Shown here: piece after piece, positions 9,233 through 18,420 of the stretch
How the letters are laid out: each line of letters begins with the position of its first letter
Numbering within the stretch: position 1 is the first letter of the stretch
DNA from: a virus
Lineage: Duplodnaviria; Caudoviricetes
DNA: 28,095 bases
Strand: one strand, 5' to 3'
Virus record (IMG/VR): IMGVR_UViG_3300027707_001651
Location: 1-28,095 of that record
Notes under the pieces: model-generated
Databases searched by the model: none
What the model was told of the DNA's origin: nothing
What the model saw: only the letters and a program-made list of their open reading frames with translations
Made by a program: the position numbers and the translations under genes

Positions 9233-11002
9233 GTGGCAACCAATCGCAAAGATGTTTATTCAGGCATGGTCACTGGACCAGTTGCGGGTTTTAGTCGGGT
9301 CAGTCGAGAGAAGGACATCGTGACACCCCCGATGCGTAGTGGCCCTAAAAAGAAAAACCGTACTTACACGAAACCCAAACGAGCCACTAGTTCAAGTTGG
9401 CCAGAAGTTGAAAAAACCAAGAGTTTGGGTATGTCTGATTTGAAACAAAAATCATTTGAGCGGTCACTTCAAAAAAGACTTGACTCAATTGACGACGATG
9501 TTCTTGATGTGTTGTTCCCAGAAGGAAGCACCAAGTCTATCGACAAGTTTGTTGCTGGCTTAGACGAGAAGTGGCTATTTGATGGCATCGGTGGATACAT
9601 CCGTAGAGCACTTAAAAACCGACGACGTAGCAAAAGAAAAGCAAGAAAAGCAAAATCCGACTTTGGTTCACAAATCGTCACCAAGGCAAAAACTGGACCG
9701 TGTTGGGCTGGATACGAACAAATCGGAATGAAAAAAGGCAAGGGTGGGAAAATGGTTCCCAACTGCGTTCCAATTGGCAAGAAGTCTCTTGATGGGCCAA
9801 GATTACGCGATCCCAAGGGTGGTCTTACCGCCGCCGGTCGCGCGCACTTCAAACGCACCGAGGGTTCAAACCTCAAACCTGGCGTTAAGGGTGCCGCAGA
9901 CACACCAGAGAAAATGAGACGCAAAGGTTCGTTCCTCACAAGGTTCTTTACTAATCCATCAGGTCCAATGGTGGGGGATAATGGCAAACCAACACGCCTT
10001 GCCCTTTCGGCGGCCGCATGGGGTGAGCCTGTGCCAAAGAATAGATCCGATGCCGCAAAACTGGCAGCCAAAGGCCGCAGACTATTAGAGCGCTACGAGA
10101 ACACAAAGAAGAAAGACGACTTTTTTTCACTAGAAGAAAAACAACTACCAGGACAGACGGTAGGTCAGCAGAGTGGTGGAAGTATCGGAGGAAGTAGCTC
10201 CACAGATGCCATTGACCATGACGGCGACGGAATGATCAATGACGGAACCCCAGAGGAAACAAGAGCTCCCTACAAACGCTCAAGCGATTCCGGATACGAG
10301 AAGCAAAGAAGAAAGTTTGTACGAGAACAACTCAGAAGGCAAGGGATACAAGCTCATAGAAGAGTTTCGGATAGAAGCAAAGAAGAAAGAGACGCCCGCG
10401 CAAGAGCTAGGGCCGCTTATGACAAAGTCCTAAGAGATGGACAGGGCAAGCCTGTTGCTGATGGACTACCGAAGGGGCCAAAGTATCCGCCAGGCCAGTC
10501 TGTTCCGAAGAATTATCCACCCGGTCAAAAGCCTCCATATAAAAAACCAGAAAAGCCGCGCGACCAAAAGCCAGCCGATAGATACCCAAACCCTGAAAAG
10601 AAATATCCACCAGGCCAGAAACCTTCAGCACCAAAGCCATCCGACAGAAAGCCGGCTGACAGGTACCCAAACCCAACGCGTCCAGATAGAAAACCAGCAG
10701 ATAGATACCCAGAACCAGCGCGTCCAATACGCCCGGAAGATGGCGTAAATAACAGACCAAAGCCAAGTCCTAGGAGTCCTTCTGCAACGAGACCTGGTGC
10801 TGACCGCTCTGAGCCACGAACCGGTCCTTCGGCGACGCGCCCTGGGGCTGACCGTTCCGAGCCAAGACAATCGGACAGAAAGCCTGCCGACAGATACCCA
10901 GACGCGCCACGTGGGATTCGTCCTGGCGATGGCATTAATAATAGACCAAAGCCTTCAGTTCCAAAGAGAACACCAGGCAACAACGGATTACGCAGGTCCT
11001 AA
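9233..11002 (+). CDS. modular basic phage protein (CWxGY...VPNCVP motif, DUF6321-like domain, DxDGDG motif, Pro/Arg-rich repeat tail)
   Basis: 589 aa. Contains GPCWAGYEQIGMKKGKGGKMVPNCVP, DPKGGLTAAGRAHF...NLKPGV...RKGSFLTRF and DAIDHDGDGMINDGTP, then C-terminal repeats. Confidence 0.8.
   Translation: MATNRKDVYSGMVTGPVAGFSRVSREKDIVTPPMRSGPKKKNRTYTKPKRATSSSWPEVEKTKSLGMSDLKQKSFERSLQKRLDSIDDDVLDVLFPEGSTKSIDKFVAGLDEKWLFDGIGGYIRRALKNRRRSKRKARKAKSDFGSQIVTKAKTGPCWAGYEQIGMKKGKGGKMVPNCVPIGKKSLDGPRLRDPKGGLTAAGRAHFKRTEGSNLKPGVKGAADTPEKMRRKGSFLTRFFTNPSGPMVGDNGKPTRLALSAAAWGEPVPKNRSDAAKLAAKGRRLLERYENTKKKDDFFSLEEKQLPGQTVGQQSGGSIGGSSSTDAIDHDGDGMINDGTPEETRAPYKRSSDSGYEKQRRKFVREQLRRQGIQAHRRVSDRSKEERDARARARAAYDKVLRDGQGKPVADGLPKGPKYPPGQSVPKNYPPGQKPPYKKPEKPRDQKPADRYPNPEKKYPPGQKPSAPKPSDRKPADRYPNPTRPDRKPADRYPEPARPIRPEDGVNNRPKPSPRSPSATRPGADRSEPRTGPSATRPGADRSEPRQSDRKPADRYPDAPRGIRPGDGINNRPKPSVPKRTPGNNGLRRS
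10480..10960 (+). repeat. intragenic peptide repeats: KPADRYP x4, YPPGQ x3, SATRPGADRSEPR x2, RP(E/G)DG(V/I)NNRPKPS x2
   Basis: Read directly from the 9233..11002 translation. Confidence 0.85.
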
Positions 11003-11015
11003 AGAAAAGGTAGTC

Positions 11016-11438
11016 ATGAGTCAAACTTGGGGTGAATACACGGGCAAAGTTGCTGGCTTTCGCTTCAAGGATGTATCAAACGGTTCGCACGATCCGTCAG
11101 GACACGAAAAGCTAGGTGGTCCTTTGGAGAAGCCTTACTACGCACCAGCAGAACAAGATTTCATCAGCGCCATGCAGAGCATTGCTAATAGGTACGGGAA
11201 GCTCTCAGACAAAGACGACAATGGAATATATGTTGGTTACGCAAGCCAGAAAGACAATGACGTATACAAAATAGGTGTTTACTGTGCCCATTGCGCACAC
11301 TACGAGTCAAAAAGTGTGTGTAAAATAATCAAAGCAAAAATTGAACCGGGTGGAAAATGCAGACTTGCCGCCATTCCTTCAGAGTATGTGACGGTCAGAA
11401 AAACAGTAAAGCCAGGCTATAGAGAAAACACTCGATAA
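11016..11438 (+). CDS. hypothetical protein with a HiPIP-like 4-Cys motif
   Basis: ATG at 11016 after AAGG (the track start at 10797 overlaps the previous gene). CAHCAHY-x5-C-KIIKAKIEPGGKC resembles the HiPIP CxxC..C..GxC pattern. Confidence 0.7.
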   Translation: MSQTWGEYTGKVAGFRFKDVSNGSHDPSGHEKLGGPLEKPYYAPAEQDFISAMQSIANRYGKLSDKDDNGIYVGYASQKDNDVYKIGVYCAHCAHYESKSVCKIIKAKIEPGGKCRLAAIPSEYVTVRKTVKPGYRENTR

Positions 11439-11566
11439 GTAGTAATTGGCAAAAATAGCCCAATAACCGTGTATTCATTGGGTACCGTTTTGGGGTAATT
11501 TATATGTCATACTTAATCCGTATCCAAGAGATACAAATTACCCTCACCAACTAAAAGGAACCAAAA

Positions 11567-11917
11567 ATGTCAACAGCCGCTCTCTCACCAAGCACAATCA
11601 CCATGACCATTCCTGGTGGTCTTGCAACAACCAGCATTGTCACAATGGCAATGCCGTTTGCTGGAAGAATCACTGACGCTTGGGTTGCTGTAACCACAGC
11701 ACCAACAACTACAGCACTCACAGCAGACCTCAAAGTAGGTTCTGATGTCGCAGCAGCATTCTCAATTGCAGCAGCAGGAACTTCGGATCAAGGAACACTT
11801 ACCGCCGCCAACTGTGACTTCGCAGCAGGCGATCTCGTCAGCCTTGACGTATCAGCTGTTGGTTCTGGCACCGCTGGTTCAAACATGACGGTTGCGTTCA
11901 CTGTAACCGAGGGCTAA
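11567..11917 (+). CDS. small Ala/Thr-rich beta-type protein, probably virion structural (decoration-like)
   Basis: 116 aa with a strong SD (AAGGAA), A/T/S/G-rich composition and a terminator downstream. Function is inferred. Confidence 0.7.
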   Translation: MSTAALSPSTITMTIPGGLATTSIVTMAMPFAGRITDAWVAVTTAPTTTALTADLKVGSDVAAAFSIAAAGTSDQGTLTAANCDFAAGDLVSLDVSAVGSGTAGSNMTVAFTVTEG

Positions 11918-11971
11918 ACAAACCCTTCAGCAACAAAATTTTTCCCCCAATTGCTTCGGTGACTTGGGTTC

Positions 11972-12010
11972 AGCCAGTCATCTCTTTGCGGGGATGGCTG
12001 GCTTTGTTTA
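11972..12010 (+). terminator. putative rho-independent terminator, preceded by a C(UUCG)G hairpin at about 11946-11968
   Basis: AGCCAGTCATCTC-loop-GGGATGGCTGGCT stem with G:U pairs, followed by TTGTTTAT. Confidence 0.65.
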
Positions 12011-12134
12011 TATAGGGCTACTAGTGCTAAAATCGCATAATGCCAGAACTCTGCGAACCGCCAGCATGCCTAGTGGACGGCAATTGCACAGAAACTTTGC
12101 TTGGGTGGGACCCGACAGAAGGGACAATAGCGCC

Positions 12135-12824
12135 ATGACAGCCAAATACTTAACAGGAATCGATGTCTCCCAATATCAAGGCAACATTAACTGGAAAAAA
12201 GTTAGAGACGCAAAAATAGATTTCGTACATATGCGCTCAAACGTGGGGACCAAGCAAGACACCCATATGAAAGATTACTGCTCAAAGGCTGGGTTGCCTT
12301 TTGGGCTTTACGTCTACATTAAGCCAGAAGAAGATGTCGTTACGCAAATGCGAATGATGTTAGATAATCATAAGCAAACTGGCGCAAATCTTATTCCACA
12401 AATAGACATTGAACATCATGGCGACAAAAAACCCAAAGAACTAAAAACGATTGTCCGTACTTGTATCAAGATGGCTACCGACGAACTCGGCAAACCGCCA
12501 TCGGTTTATACCTACCCTTCTTTCTGGAACTCTCATGTAACGCTAAAGAAGGGCGTCGAGCAGTGCCCGTTGTGGGTCGCCAGGTATGTCTATTACTCTG
12601 CTGAAGAATTCAAAACCAACCCTGTACCAAAAGATGTTTCACTATGGGATGAGTATGCGTTTCAACCCCAAAAGAACCCAGCCGCAGTTAAGGGCTGGAA
12701 AACATGGGATGTTTGGCAATTTGCCGCCAACCACAATCAGGCTGGCAAAAAGTTCGGCATGGAGTCTGCTCACCTTGACCTGAACATAATGAGAGAAGAA
12801 TCTATGGAAAGGTTCAAGTTATGA
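12135..12824 (+). CDS. GH25 family lysozyme/muramidase (endolysin-like)
   Basis: GIDVSQYQG N-terminal motif, DIE catalytic motif, LWVARY, WQF and DLN. The ATG at 12135 is preferred over the track start at 11964, which spans the terminator. Confidence 0.9.
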   Translation: MTAKYLTGIDVSQYQGNINWKKVRDAKIDFVHMRSNVGTKQDTHMKDYCSKAGLPFGLYVYIKPEEDVVTQMRMMLDNHKQTGANLIPQIDIEHHGDKKPKELKTIVRTCIKMATDELGKPPSVYTYPSFWNSHVTLKKGVEQCPLWVARYVYYSAEEFKTNPVPKDVSLWDEYAFQPQKNPAAVKGWKTWDVWQFAANHNQAGKKFGMESAHLDLNIMREESMERFKL

Positions 12825-12840
12825 AAATTACGCAAAACAA

Positions 12841-13086
12841 ATGAAAGTATGGATTGACCAAGACCTATGTACTGGAGATGGACTATGCGCGGAGATAGCA
12901 CCAGATGTCTTTACGATGATGCCAGACGGTTTGGCATATGTAAAAGAAGGCGACAAGATATTTGCCTCATCTGTGGGAAACCCAGAAGGCGCAGCCGGTT
13001 TAGCATCCTTCTCGGACGACAGGCTTGATGACGTAATTGAATCAGCAGAGGAATGCCCTGGTGAATGTATCTTTATCGAGCCTTAG
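12841..13086 (+). CDS. actinobacterial-type single-cluster ferredoxin
   Basis: VWIDQDLCTGDGLCAEIAPDVF...AEECPGECI, i.e. CxxDxxC...CP. Confidence 0.92.
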   Translation: MKVWIDQDLCTGDGLCAEIAPDVFTMMPDGLAYVKEGDKIFASSVGNPEGAAGLASFSDDRLDDVIESAEECPGECIFIEP

Positions 13087-13226
13087 CGGCTGAGTCGTTC
13101 CCTCTCAAAGTTAATCCATTCTTGTTTGGCAGTAGTGCTACCGTATGACTCGTAATTGTTTACGGCACCCATCATCCCTTTATGCAACGAAACGACCAAT
13201 ACTGTTAAAACAATGAGGAATATCAT
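13083..13226 (-). CDS. small putative membrane protein (47 aa)
   Basis: Manual translation MIFLIVLTVLVVSLHKGMMGAVNNYESYGSTTAKQEWINFERERLSR*, with a hydrophobic N-terminus. Confidence 0.45.
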   Translation of the reverse strand: MIFLIVLTVLVVSLHKGMMGAVNNYESYGSTTAKQEWINFERERLSR

Positions 13227-13304
13227 GTCTGACAGTATCGCACATTTATTATAAATTATCAGATAGTTTTATCTGGAAATTGGTCACAGTGTTAGTATTT
13301 GGAG

Positions 13305-14558
13305 ATGATAAGAACTGGTAACTGTATAGATTTGATGTCGGAATTAGCCGACAACTCAATAGATGCAGTGGTTACTGACCCACCCTATGAACTTGGTTTC
13401 ATGGGGAAGAGTTGGGATGCGAGCGGAATTGCCTACAACACCGAGGTATGGAGACAGTGCCTGCGAATACTAAAACCGGGCGGACACCTCTTGGCTTTTG
13501 GTGGTTCACGAACATATCACCGTCTCGCTTGCGCTATCGAAGATGCTGGATTTGATATTCGTGATCAAATTATGTGGGTTTATGGATCTGGGTTTCCGAA
13601 GTCAATGAATATCGGTAAAGCAATAGATAAAGCATCAGGCGCTACACGCAATGTTGTTGGAGTTGGGAAATCTGGAAAGAACAGAAATGTCTTGAATGCC
13701 GCAAACTACCCAGACACATTTGGTGGGGACTACGAGATAACCGAGGCCGCAACACAGGAAGCCAAGCAATGGGAAGGCTGGGGAACAGCCCTAAAGCCTG
13801 CTCACGAACCAATAGTCGTTGCTCGCAAAGCAGTCGATGGAACAATCGCCCAGAATGTAATGACATGGGGAACAGGCGGAATAAATATTGACGACTGTAG
13901 GGTCGCTTTTGTGTCTGAAAATGACAAAATTGAAAGCACCACAAAGAATCAGCATGAAGATTTTGGGACAAAGCCAATGACTGATAACACCGTTTATGGT
14001 GATTACTCAATGATGAAACCAAACAATTACAACCCTCCTGGGAGATGGCCAGCAAACTTTATTCACGACGGCAGCGATGAGGTGTTGGATCTATTCCCGA
14101 ACAGCAAGGGTGGTGCGTATCCGTCTAAGCGGGGACAAGCCGTAGCAACATCCTTTGCATCAGGGCAAGAGACCGAGGGTGGATTTAGGAAAATGGGAGA
14201 CGATGGTTCGGCTGCTCGGTTCTTTTACTGCGCAAAGCCGTCAACAGCAGAAAGAAATGCTGGACTTGATGGATTGCAAAAAAAGAAGGCAGACACCAGA
14301 AGTGATGTAGCCGCTGGAATGTGGAAAGACAAAAATGCTGCTCACCAGAATCACCATCCAACGGTAAAGCCGATCACGCTCATGCGTTATCTCATAAAAT
14401 TGGTTGTACCACCAAACGGAATAGTTCTTGACCCTTTTCTAGGCTCTGGCACCACGGGGGTAGCAGCCATTCAAGAAAACATTAACTGGCTTGGCTTTGA
14501 GATGAACCCAGAATACGCCGATATCGCCCGTAGGAGAACTGGACATGCTAGTTTCTAG
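13305..14558 (+). CDS. beta-class N6-adenine/N4-cytosine DNA methyltransferase
   Basis: VTDPPY near the N-terminus, HHPTVKP and LDPFLGSGTT near the C-terminus. Start is either ATG 13305 or TTG 13299. Confidence 0.93.
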   Translation: MIRTGNCIDLMSELADNSIDAVVTDPPYELGFMGKSWDASGIAYNTEVWRQCLRILKPGGHLLAFGGSRTYHRLACAIEDAGFDIRDQIMWVYGSGFPKSMNIGKAIDKASGATRNVVGVGKSGKNRNVLNAANYPDTFGGDYEITEAATQEAKQWEGWGTALKPAHEPIVVARKAVDGTIAQNVMTWGTGGINIDDCRVAFVSENDKIESTTKNQHEDFGTKPMTDNTVYGDYSMMKPNNYNPPGRWPANFIHDGSDEVLDLFPNSKGGAYPSKRGQAVATSFASGQETEGGFRKMGDDGSAARFFYCAKPSTAERNAGLDGLQKKKADTRSDVAAGMWKDKNAAHQNHHPTVKPITLMRYLIKLVVPPNGIVLDPFLGSGTTGVAAIQENINWLGFEMNPEYADIARRRTGHASF

Positions 14559-14560
14559 TC

Positions 14561-15847
14561 ATGTTGTATGTTGATAATTGCATAGACGCAATCTCACGGC
14601 TTCCTGACGAGAGTATTGACTCAATAGTTACCGATCCACCATATGAACTTGGCTTTATGGGCAAGGCGTGGGATTCAACAGGAATTGCATACAGCGTTGA
14701 ACTGTGGCGCCAGTGCCTTCGTGTTCTCAAACCAGGTGGTCATCTGCTCTCCTTTGGGGGTTCACGCACCTATCACCGTATGGCGTGTGCTATCGAGGAT
14801 GCCGGGTTCCAGATTCGTGACCAAATTATGTGGGTGTATGGGTCAGGGTTTCCTAAGTCGTTGAATATCAGTAAGGCGATAGACAAGGCTGCTGGTGTTG
14901 AGCGTGAAGTAGTTGGATACACAGACCCACACGACCCACGAACTGCTATGGCTCGCTCAATCTATGGAGGTGATATTCAGGAAGGTGCAGGTATTGGCAA
15001 TCCAATTACTGCCCCTTCTACGGCTGAGGCTAAAGAGTGGGATGGTTGGGGAACTGCACTTAAGCCTGCACATGAACCTATTGTTTTGGCTCGTAAGCCG
15101 TTAGATGGAACGGTTGCCAACAATGTTTTGACGCACGGTGTTGGTGGTATCAACATTGACGGATGCAGAGTCGCCCACCAATCAGAAGCAGATAGAGCGA
15201 GTGCAACACCTCAAGGGAAAGTGACCAGCAACAAAATGGCTGGCTCTGCACCTGACGTTGATGATGCAGGGAGGGTTGATGTTGACAGACCCGACACAGC
15301 ACTTGGTCGTTTCCCTGCGAACTTTATTCATGACGGATCAGACGAAGTATTGGAATTGTTTCCCAACACCAAGGGTGGCACTTGGAACACCACCAAGGGT
15401 GCAAGACCATTCAATAACAACGGCGAACCAACCGGCTACACAAGCACTGGTTCAGATAAATCTATTGGCTCAGCAGCAAGGTTTTTTTATTGTGCGAAAG
15501 CATCACGTAGTGAACGCAACGAAGGACTTGAGGACTTTGAGCCCAAGCGAGAATCTGACCGTATTGCCACCGATGGTGTAGGTGGAGAGAATCCACGCAA
15601 CCGCACCAATGCAGCAAAAGCGAATCATCACCCGACCGTAAAACCAGTCGCATTGATGCGTCACCTCGTCAAACTTATTACCCCACTAGGTGGGACAGTC
15701 CTTGATCCGTTCATGGGTTCTGGTACTACGGCAGTTGCGGCGACACTAGATGGATTCAATTGGGTTGGATGCGAGATGAATACGGAATACGTCGAGATAA
15801 TCAACGCAAGAGTGAGAAACGCCCAAAAAACCGCGAACAATGAATAG
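14561..15847 (+). CDS. beta-class N6-adenine/N4-cytosine DNA methyltransferase (paralog of the upstream gene)
   Basis: VTDPPY, HHPTVKP and LDPFMGSGTT; conserved blocks are nearly identical to 13305..14558. Confidence 0.93.
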   Translation: MLYVDNCIDAISRLPDESIDSIVTDPPYELGFMGKAWDSTGIAYSVELWRQCLRVLKPGGHLLSFGGSRTYHRMACAIEDAGFQIRDQIMWVYGSGFPKSLNISKAIDKAAGVEREVVGYTDPHDPRTAMARSIYGGDIQEGAGIGNPITAPSTAEAKEWDGWGTALKPAHEPIVLARKPLDGTVANNVLTHGVGGINIDGCRVAHQSEADRASATPQGKVTSNKMAGSAPDVDDAGRVDVDRPDTALGRFPANFIHDGSDEVLELFPNTKGGTWNTTKGARPFNNNGEPTGYTSTGSDKSIGSAARFFYCAKASRSERNEGLEDFEPKRESDRIATDGVGGENPRNRTNAAKANHHPTVKPVALMRHLVKLITPLGGTVLDPFMGSGTTAVAATLDGFNWVGCEMNTEYVEIINARVRNAQKTANNE

Positions 15848-16670
15848 ACAAACCACACTGATACGGGGTGTCAATATTGGTGATGTGCCACCGACCCCAA
15901 TGGGCGAATTTGAAGAATCGCCATTTTTTGCAAAGACTCGCAAGGTGTTTATTAGTCAAGCAAAAACCTATGGCTTCCCAATAAGTTTCAGCCAAGAACA
16001 AAAAGGTTCCCTTATACAGAACATCTACCCAAAGAAGACGATGGAAGAAATGCAGATTTCGTCCTCGTCAAAGGTAGAACTCGGACTACACACCGAAACG
16101 GCTTTCCATCGCTTTCGCCCAACAGCAGTCCTCTTGCTGTGCTTGAGAGGTGACTCAAATGCCGCAACAACCTATGCCCATTCCGATGACATCTGTGCCA
16201 AGTTGAAGCCGGCAACACTGGCTACCCTCACGAGGATGTGGTTCACCACATCTTTGGATGACAGTTTCAGAATGAACGGCGAAGAGGATGTAAAAATCAC
16301 GTGCTCGATACTCAATGAAACACCGAGGGAAACATACCCGTCTCCGCGCTTGTTTGACATCTGTTATGACGAAGCTCTTATGACCGGAACCAATGGTCAG
16401 GCGGTGGATGCCCTAGAAGAATTGCGGGAAGCAATCAAATCAAGCATTCAGACAGTAGTTCTTGAGGAAGGGGATCTACTAGTGCTGAATAACAGAACAA
16501 CGATCCACGGCAGGCTCCCATTTGAGCCACGCTACGACGGAACAGATAGATGGTTGCAACGAATGCTGGTCACTGACACAATGCCACCAGATAACTACAT
16601 CAGAATGTACGAGGAACACGCAGAGATAACTTCTCTAGGGGTTCGGTCACTAACAGGTGACATCAGTTAG
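15840..16670 (+). CDS. Fe(II)/2-oxoglutarate oxygenase, clavaminate synthase/AsnO/VioC-like (TauD superfamily)
   Basis: LHTETAFH (HxE facial triad), LLLCLR and NNRTTIHGR...PRYDGTDRWLQR. Confidence 0.88.
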   Translation: MNRQTTLIRGVNIGDVPPTPMGEFEESPFFAKTRKVFISQAKTYGFPISFSQEQKGSLIQNIYPKKTMEEMQISSSSKVELGLHTETAFHRFRPTAVLLLCLRGDSNAATTYAHSDDICAKLKPATLATLTRMWFTTSLDDSFRMNGEEDVKITCSILNETPRETYPSPRLFDICYDEALMTGTNGQAVDALEELREAIKSSIQTVVLEEGDLLVLNNRTTIHGRLPFEPRYDGTDRWLQRMLVTDTMPPDNYIRMYEEHAEITSLGVRSLTGDIS

Positions 16671-16679
16671 TATTCCCAC

Positions 16680-17132
16680 ATGCGAAGAAGTTCAAAAATT
16701 GAAAAGAACCCCCTACACAAGCATTTGATGGCCAATGGGATTACCAATACCCCTCCAACCTCAAAACGCGAACTGAAGAAGTGGCTTCGCCAACTTGTCC
16801 ACGACATAGGAATGCATCGAATCGGCGGCCCATTCGTTAAATATGTCAAAGCCCCAGGCAATAAGGGTCTCACAGCAGTCGTAATGATTGAGACTTCACA
16901 CATAGCGCTTCACATATGGGAAGAAGGAGAACAGCCGTACTTCCGTTTTGACCTTTACACCTGCGGTCCACTACAACACAAAGAAGTTGTTGAGTTAGTA
17001 GCAAAGTTTATGGACTCACCCAAGATGGAGTGGTGTGTATACGACCGTGAGAATGGGTTTGAGGAATACGACTTTGGAATATGGCCTGAGCACCAATCCA
17101 CTGTTCAGATAAATCAAACCGCTACTGCTTGA
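16680..17132 (+). CDS. speD: pyruvoyl-dependent S-adenosylmethionine decarboxylase-like proenzyme
   Basis: GLTAVVMIETSHIALHIW (self-cleavage Ser-His motif) and FDLYTCG. Confidence 0.85.
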   Translation: MRRSSKIEKNPLHKHLMANGITNTPPTSKRELKKWLRQLVHDIGMHRIGGPFVKYVKAPGNKGLTAVVMIETSHIALHIWEEGEQPYFRFDLYTCGPLQHKEVVELVAKFMDSPKMEWCVYDRENGFEEYDFGIWPEHQSTVQINQTATA

Positions 17133-17216
17133 CCTCATTTATTGTCACATGTCCCCCCACACCCACCCGGTCGTTCCCGTAAGTCCCGATAAACACTTCC
17201 TATTCCAAACGAAAAA

Positions 17217-17280
17217 CGAACACACGTTCGCCCTTCGGGTAGACCGAACACACGTTCGCCCTTGACCAAACACTTGTTCG
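17217..17280. promoter_or_regulatory. three LexA/SOS-box-like sites
   Basis: CGAAC-ACAC-GTTCG at 17217-17230 and 17245-17258, and CAAAC-ACTT-GTTCG at 17267-17280. These match the CGAAC-N4-GTTCG Gram-positive/actinobacterial consensus (the third has one mismatch). Confidence 0.65.
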
Positions 17281-17331
17281 CTTGATCGACTTGACCACAC
17301 AGTTCGCAATCGTTCACAGTTCGCACGACTT

Positions 17332-17468
17332 GCAAATACACCCCCCCAATGGTTTTGATAAATGACCACAACGGTTTCACAAACGGCAGGCAATGGTTTC
17401 GCCAACACCCCCAATGGCAAACACACCCCCCGATGGCTTTGATAAATGACCCCCGATGGTTTCACAAA
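17332..17468. repeat. imperfect direct repeat of about 52 bp, two copies
   Basis: GCAAAYACACCCCCC..ATGGYTTTGATAAATGACC....YGGTTTCACAAA at 17332-17383 and 17417-17468. Confidence 0.8.
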
Positions 17469-17469
17469 A

Positions 17470-18420
17470 CGACAGTTCGTTAGTTCGTCAGCTCACACAA
17501 CAAAGTTCGTACTAAGTTCGTTCGTTGTAATCGTGATAGATACTCACACAGTAATCACACACACAGTAATCGCATACATAAATAAGTTCGTAGTGTTATC
17601 ACAAACGCTAACACAGTTTCAGTAATCACACACAATAGTTCGTCATACACAACGAACACTTTGTCATACACAATCGTTGATAAACAAATCACTTAGTAGT
17701 ACGACACACACATACATAAGTCGCACTAATAACTCACACCATAGTAGGTAGTAGTATCGCAGTAGTATCGTGGTAGTACCCCAGTAGTACTATGCCTATG
17801 TCGCACACATAGGTAGTCGCACTCACCCATACCTTGCCCACTCTCTCGCAGTATGAAGTTCGCAGCACGTACGGGTGGCACTACGGGTATCCATACAACA
17901 CTGATACCAAAGTGATACCACCCCCTACCTACCCATACATACATACCAATACATACACACACCCCTACCTACCCACACCCCACACATACACACACATACA
18001 TACTTATCTACCTACCCCCCCTTACCTACCTACCTACCTACCTACCCACTACCTACCTGCTACCTACCCCCCTACCCATACACCCCACATACACCTCACA
18101 TACACATACCCCACCTAGTAGTACTACCCCAGTACTACCTCAGTAGTATCCCAGTAGTAGTACCACAGTAGGTATCAGTACCTCAGTGAGTATCCACACC
18201 CCCACTGAGTACCACCCCAGATACCTAGTATCAGTCAGTAGTGGGTATCCGATTAGATACATACCCCCTCACACACACTCTCTCTCGCACTACTTTTCAC
18301 ACACCCCATACACCCCTTCTTACACACCCCCTACACCACAGTCAGTAGTAGGTATCAGGGTACATACACAAACAAATCCCAGCACTAACACCACAGAGCA
18401 ACTAATCGTGCCAAAATGGA
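17470..18420. repeat. strand-skewed low-complexity non-coding region (AGTTCG, CAGTAGTA, TACC/CACA tracts)
   Basis: Repeated AGTTCG/GTAGTA words. About 17920-18115 is almost G-free on the + strand, with (TACC)n and CATACA runs. Confidence 0.8.

Noticed and set aside
10797-11015. N-terminal extension of the HiPIP-like ORF
   Set aside because: It overlaps the repeat tail of the upstream gene. The ATG at 11016 has an SD and follows the upstream stop.
11964-12134. N-terminal extension of the GH25 lysin from the track
   Set aside because: It begins at a TTG and spans the terminator hairpin. The ATG at 12135 directly precedes the GIDVS motif.
17217-17468. Possible CRISPR array
   Set aside because: There are only two or three copies of each repeat, spacing is too short or irregular, there is no unique-spacer pattern, and no cas genes are present.
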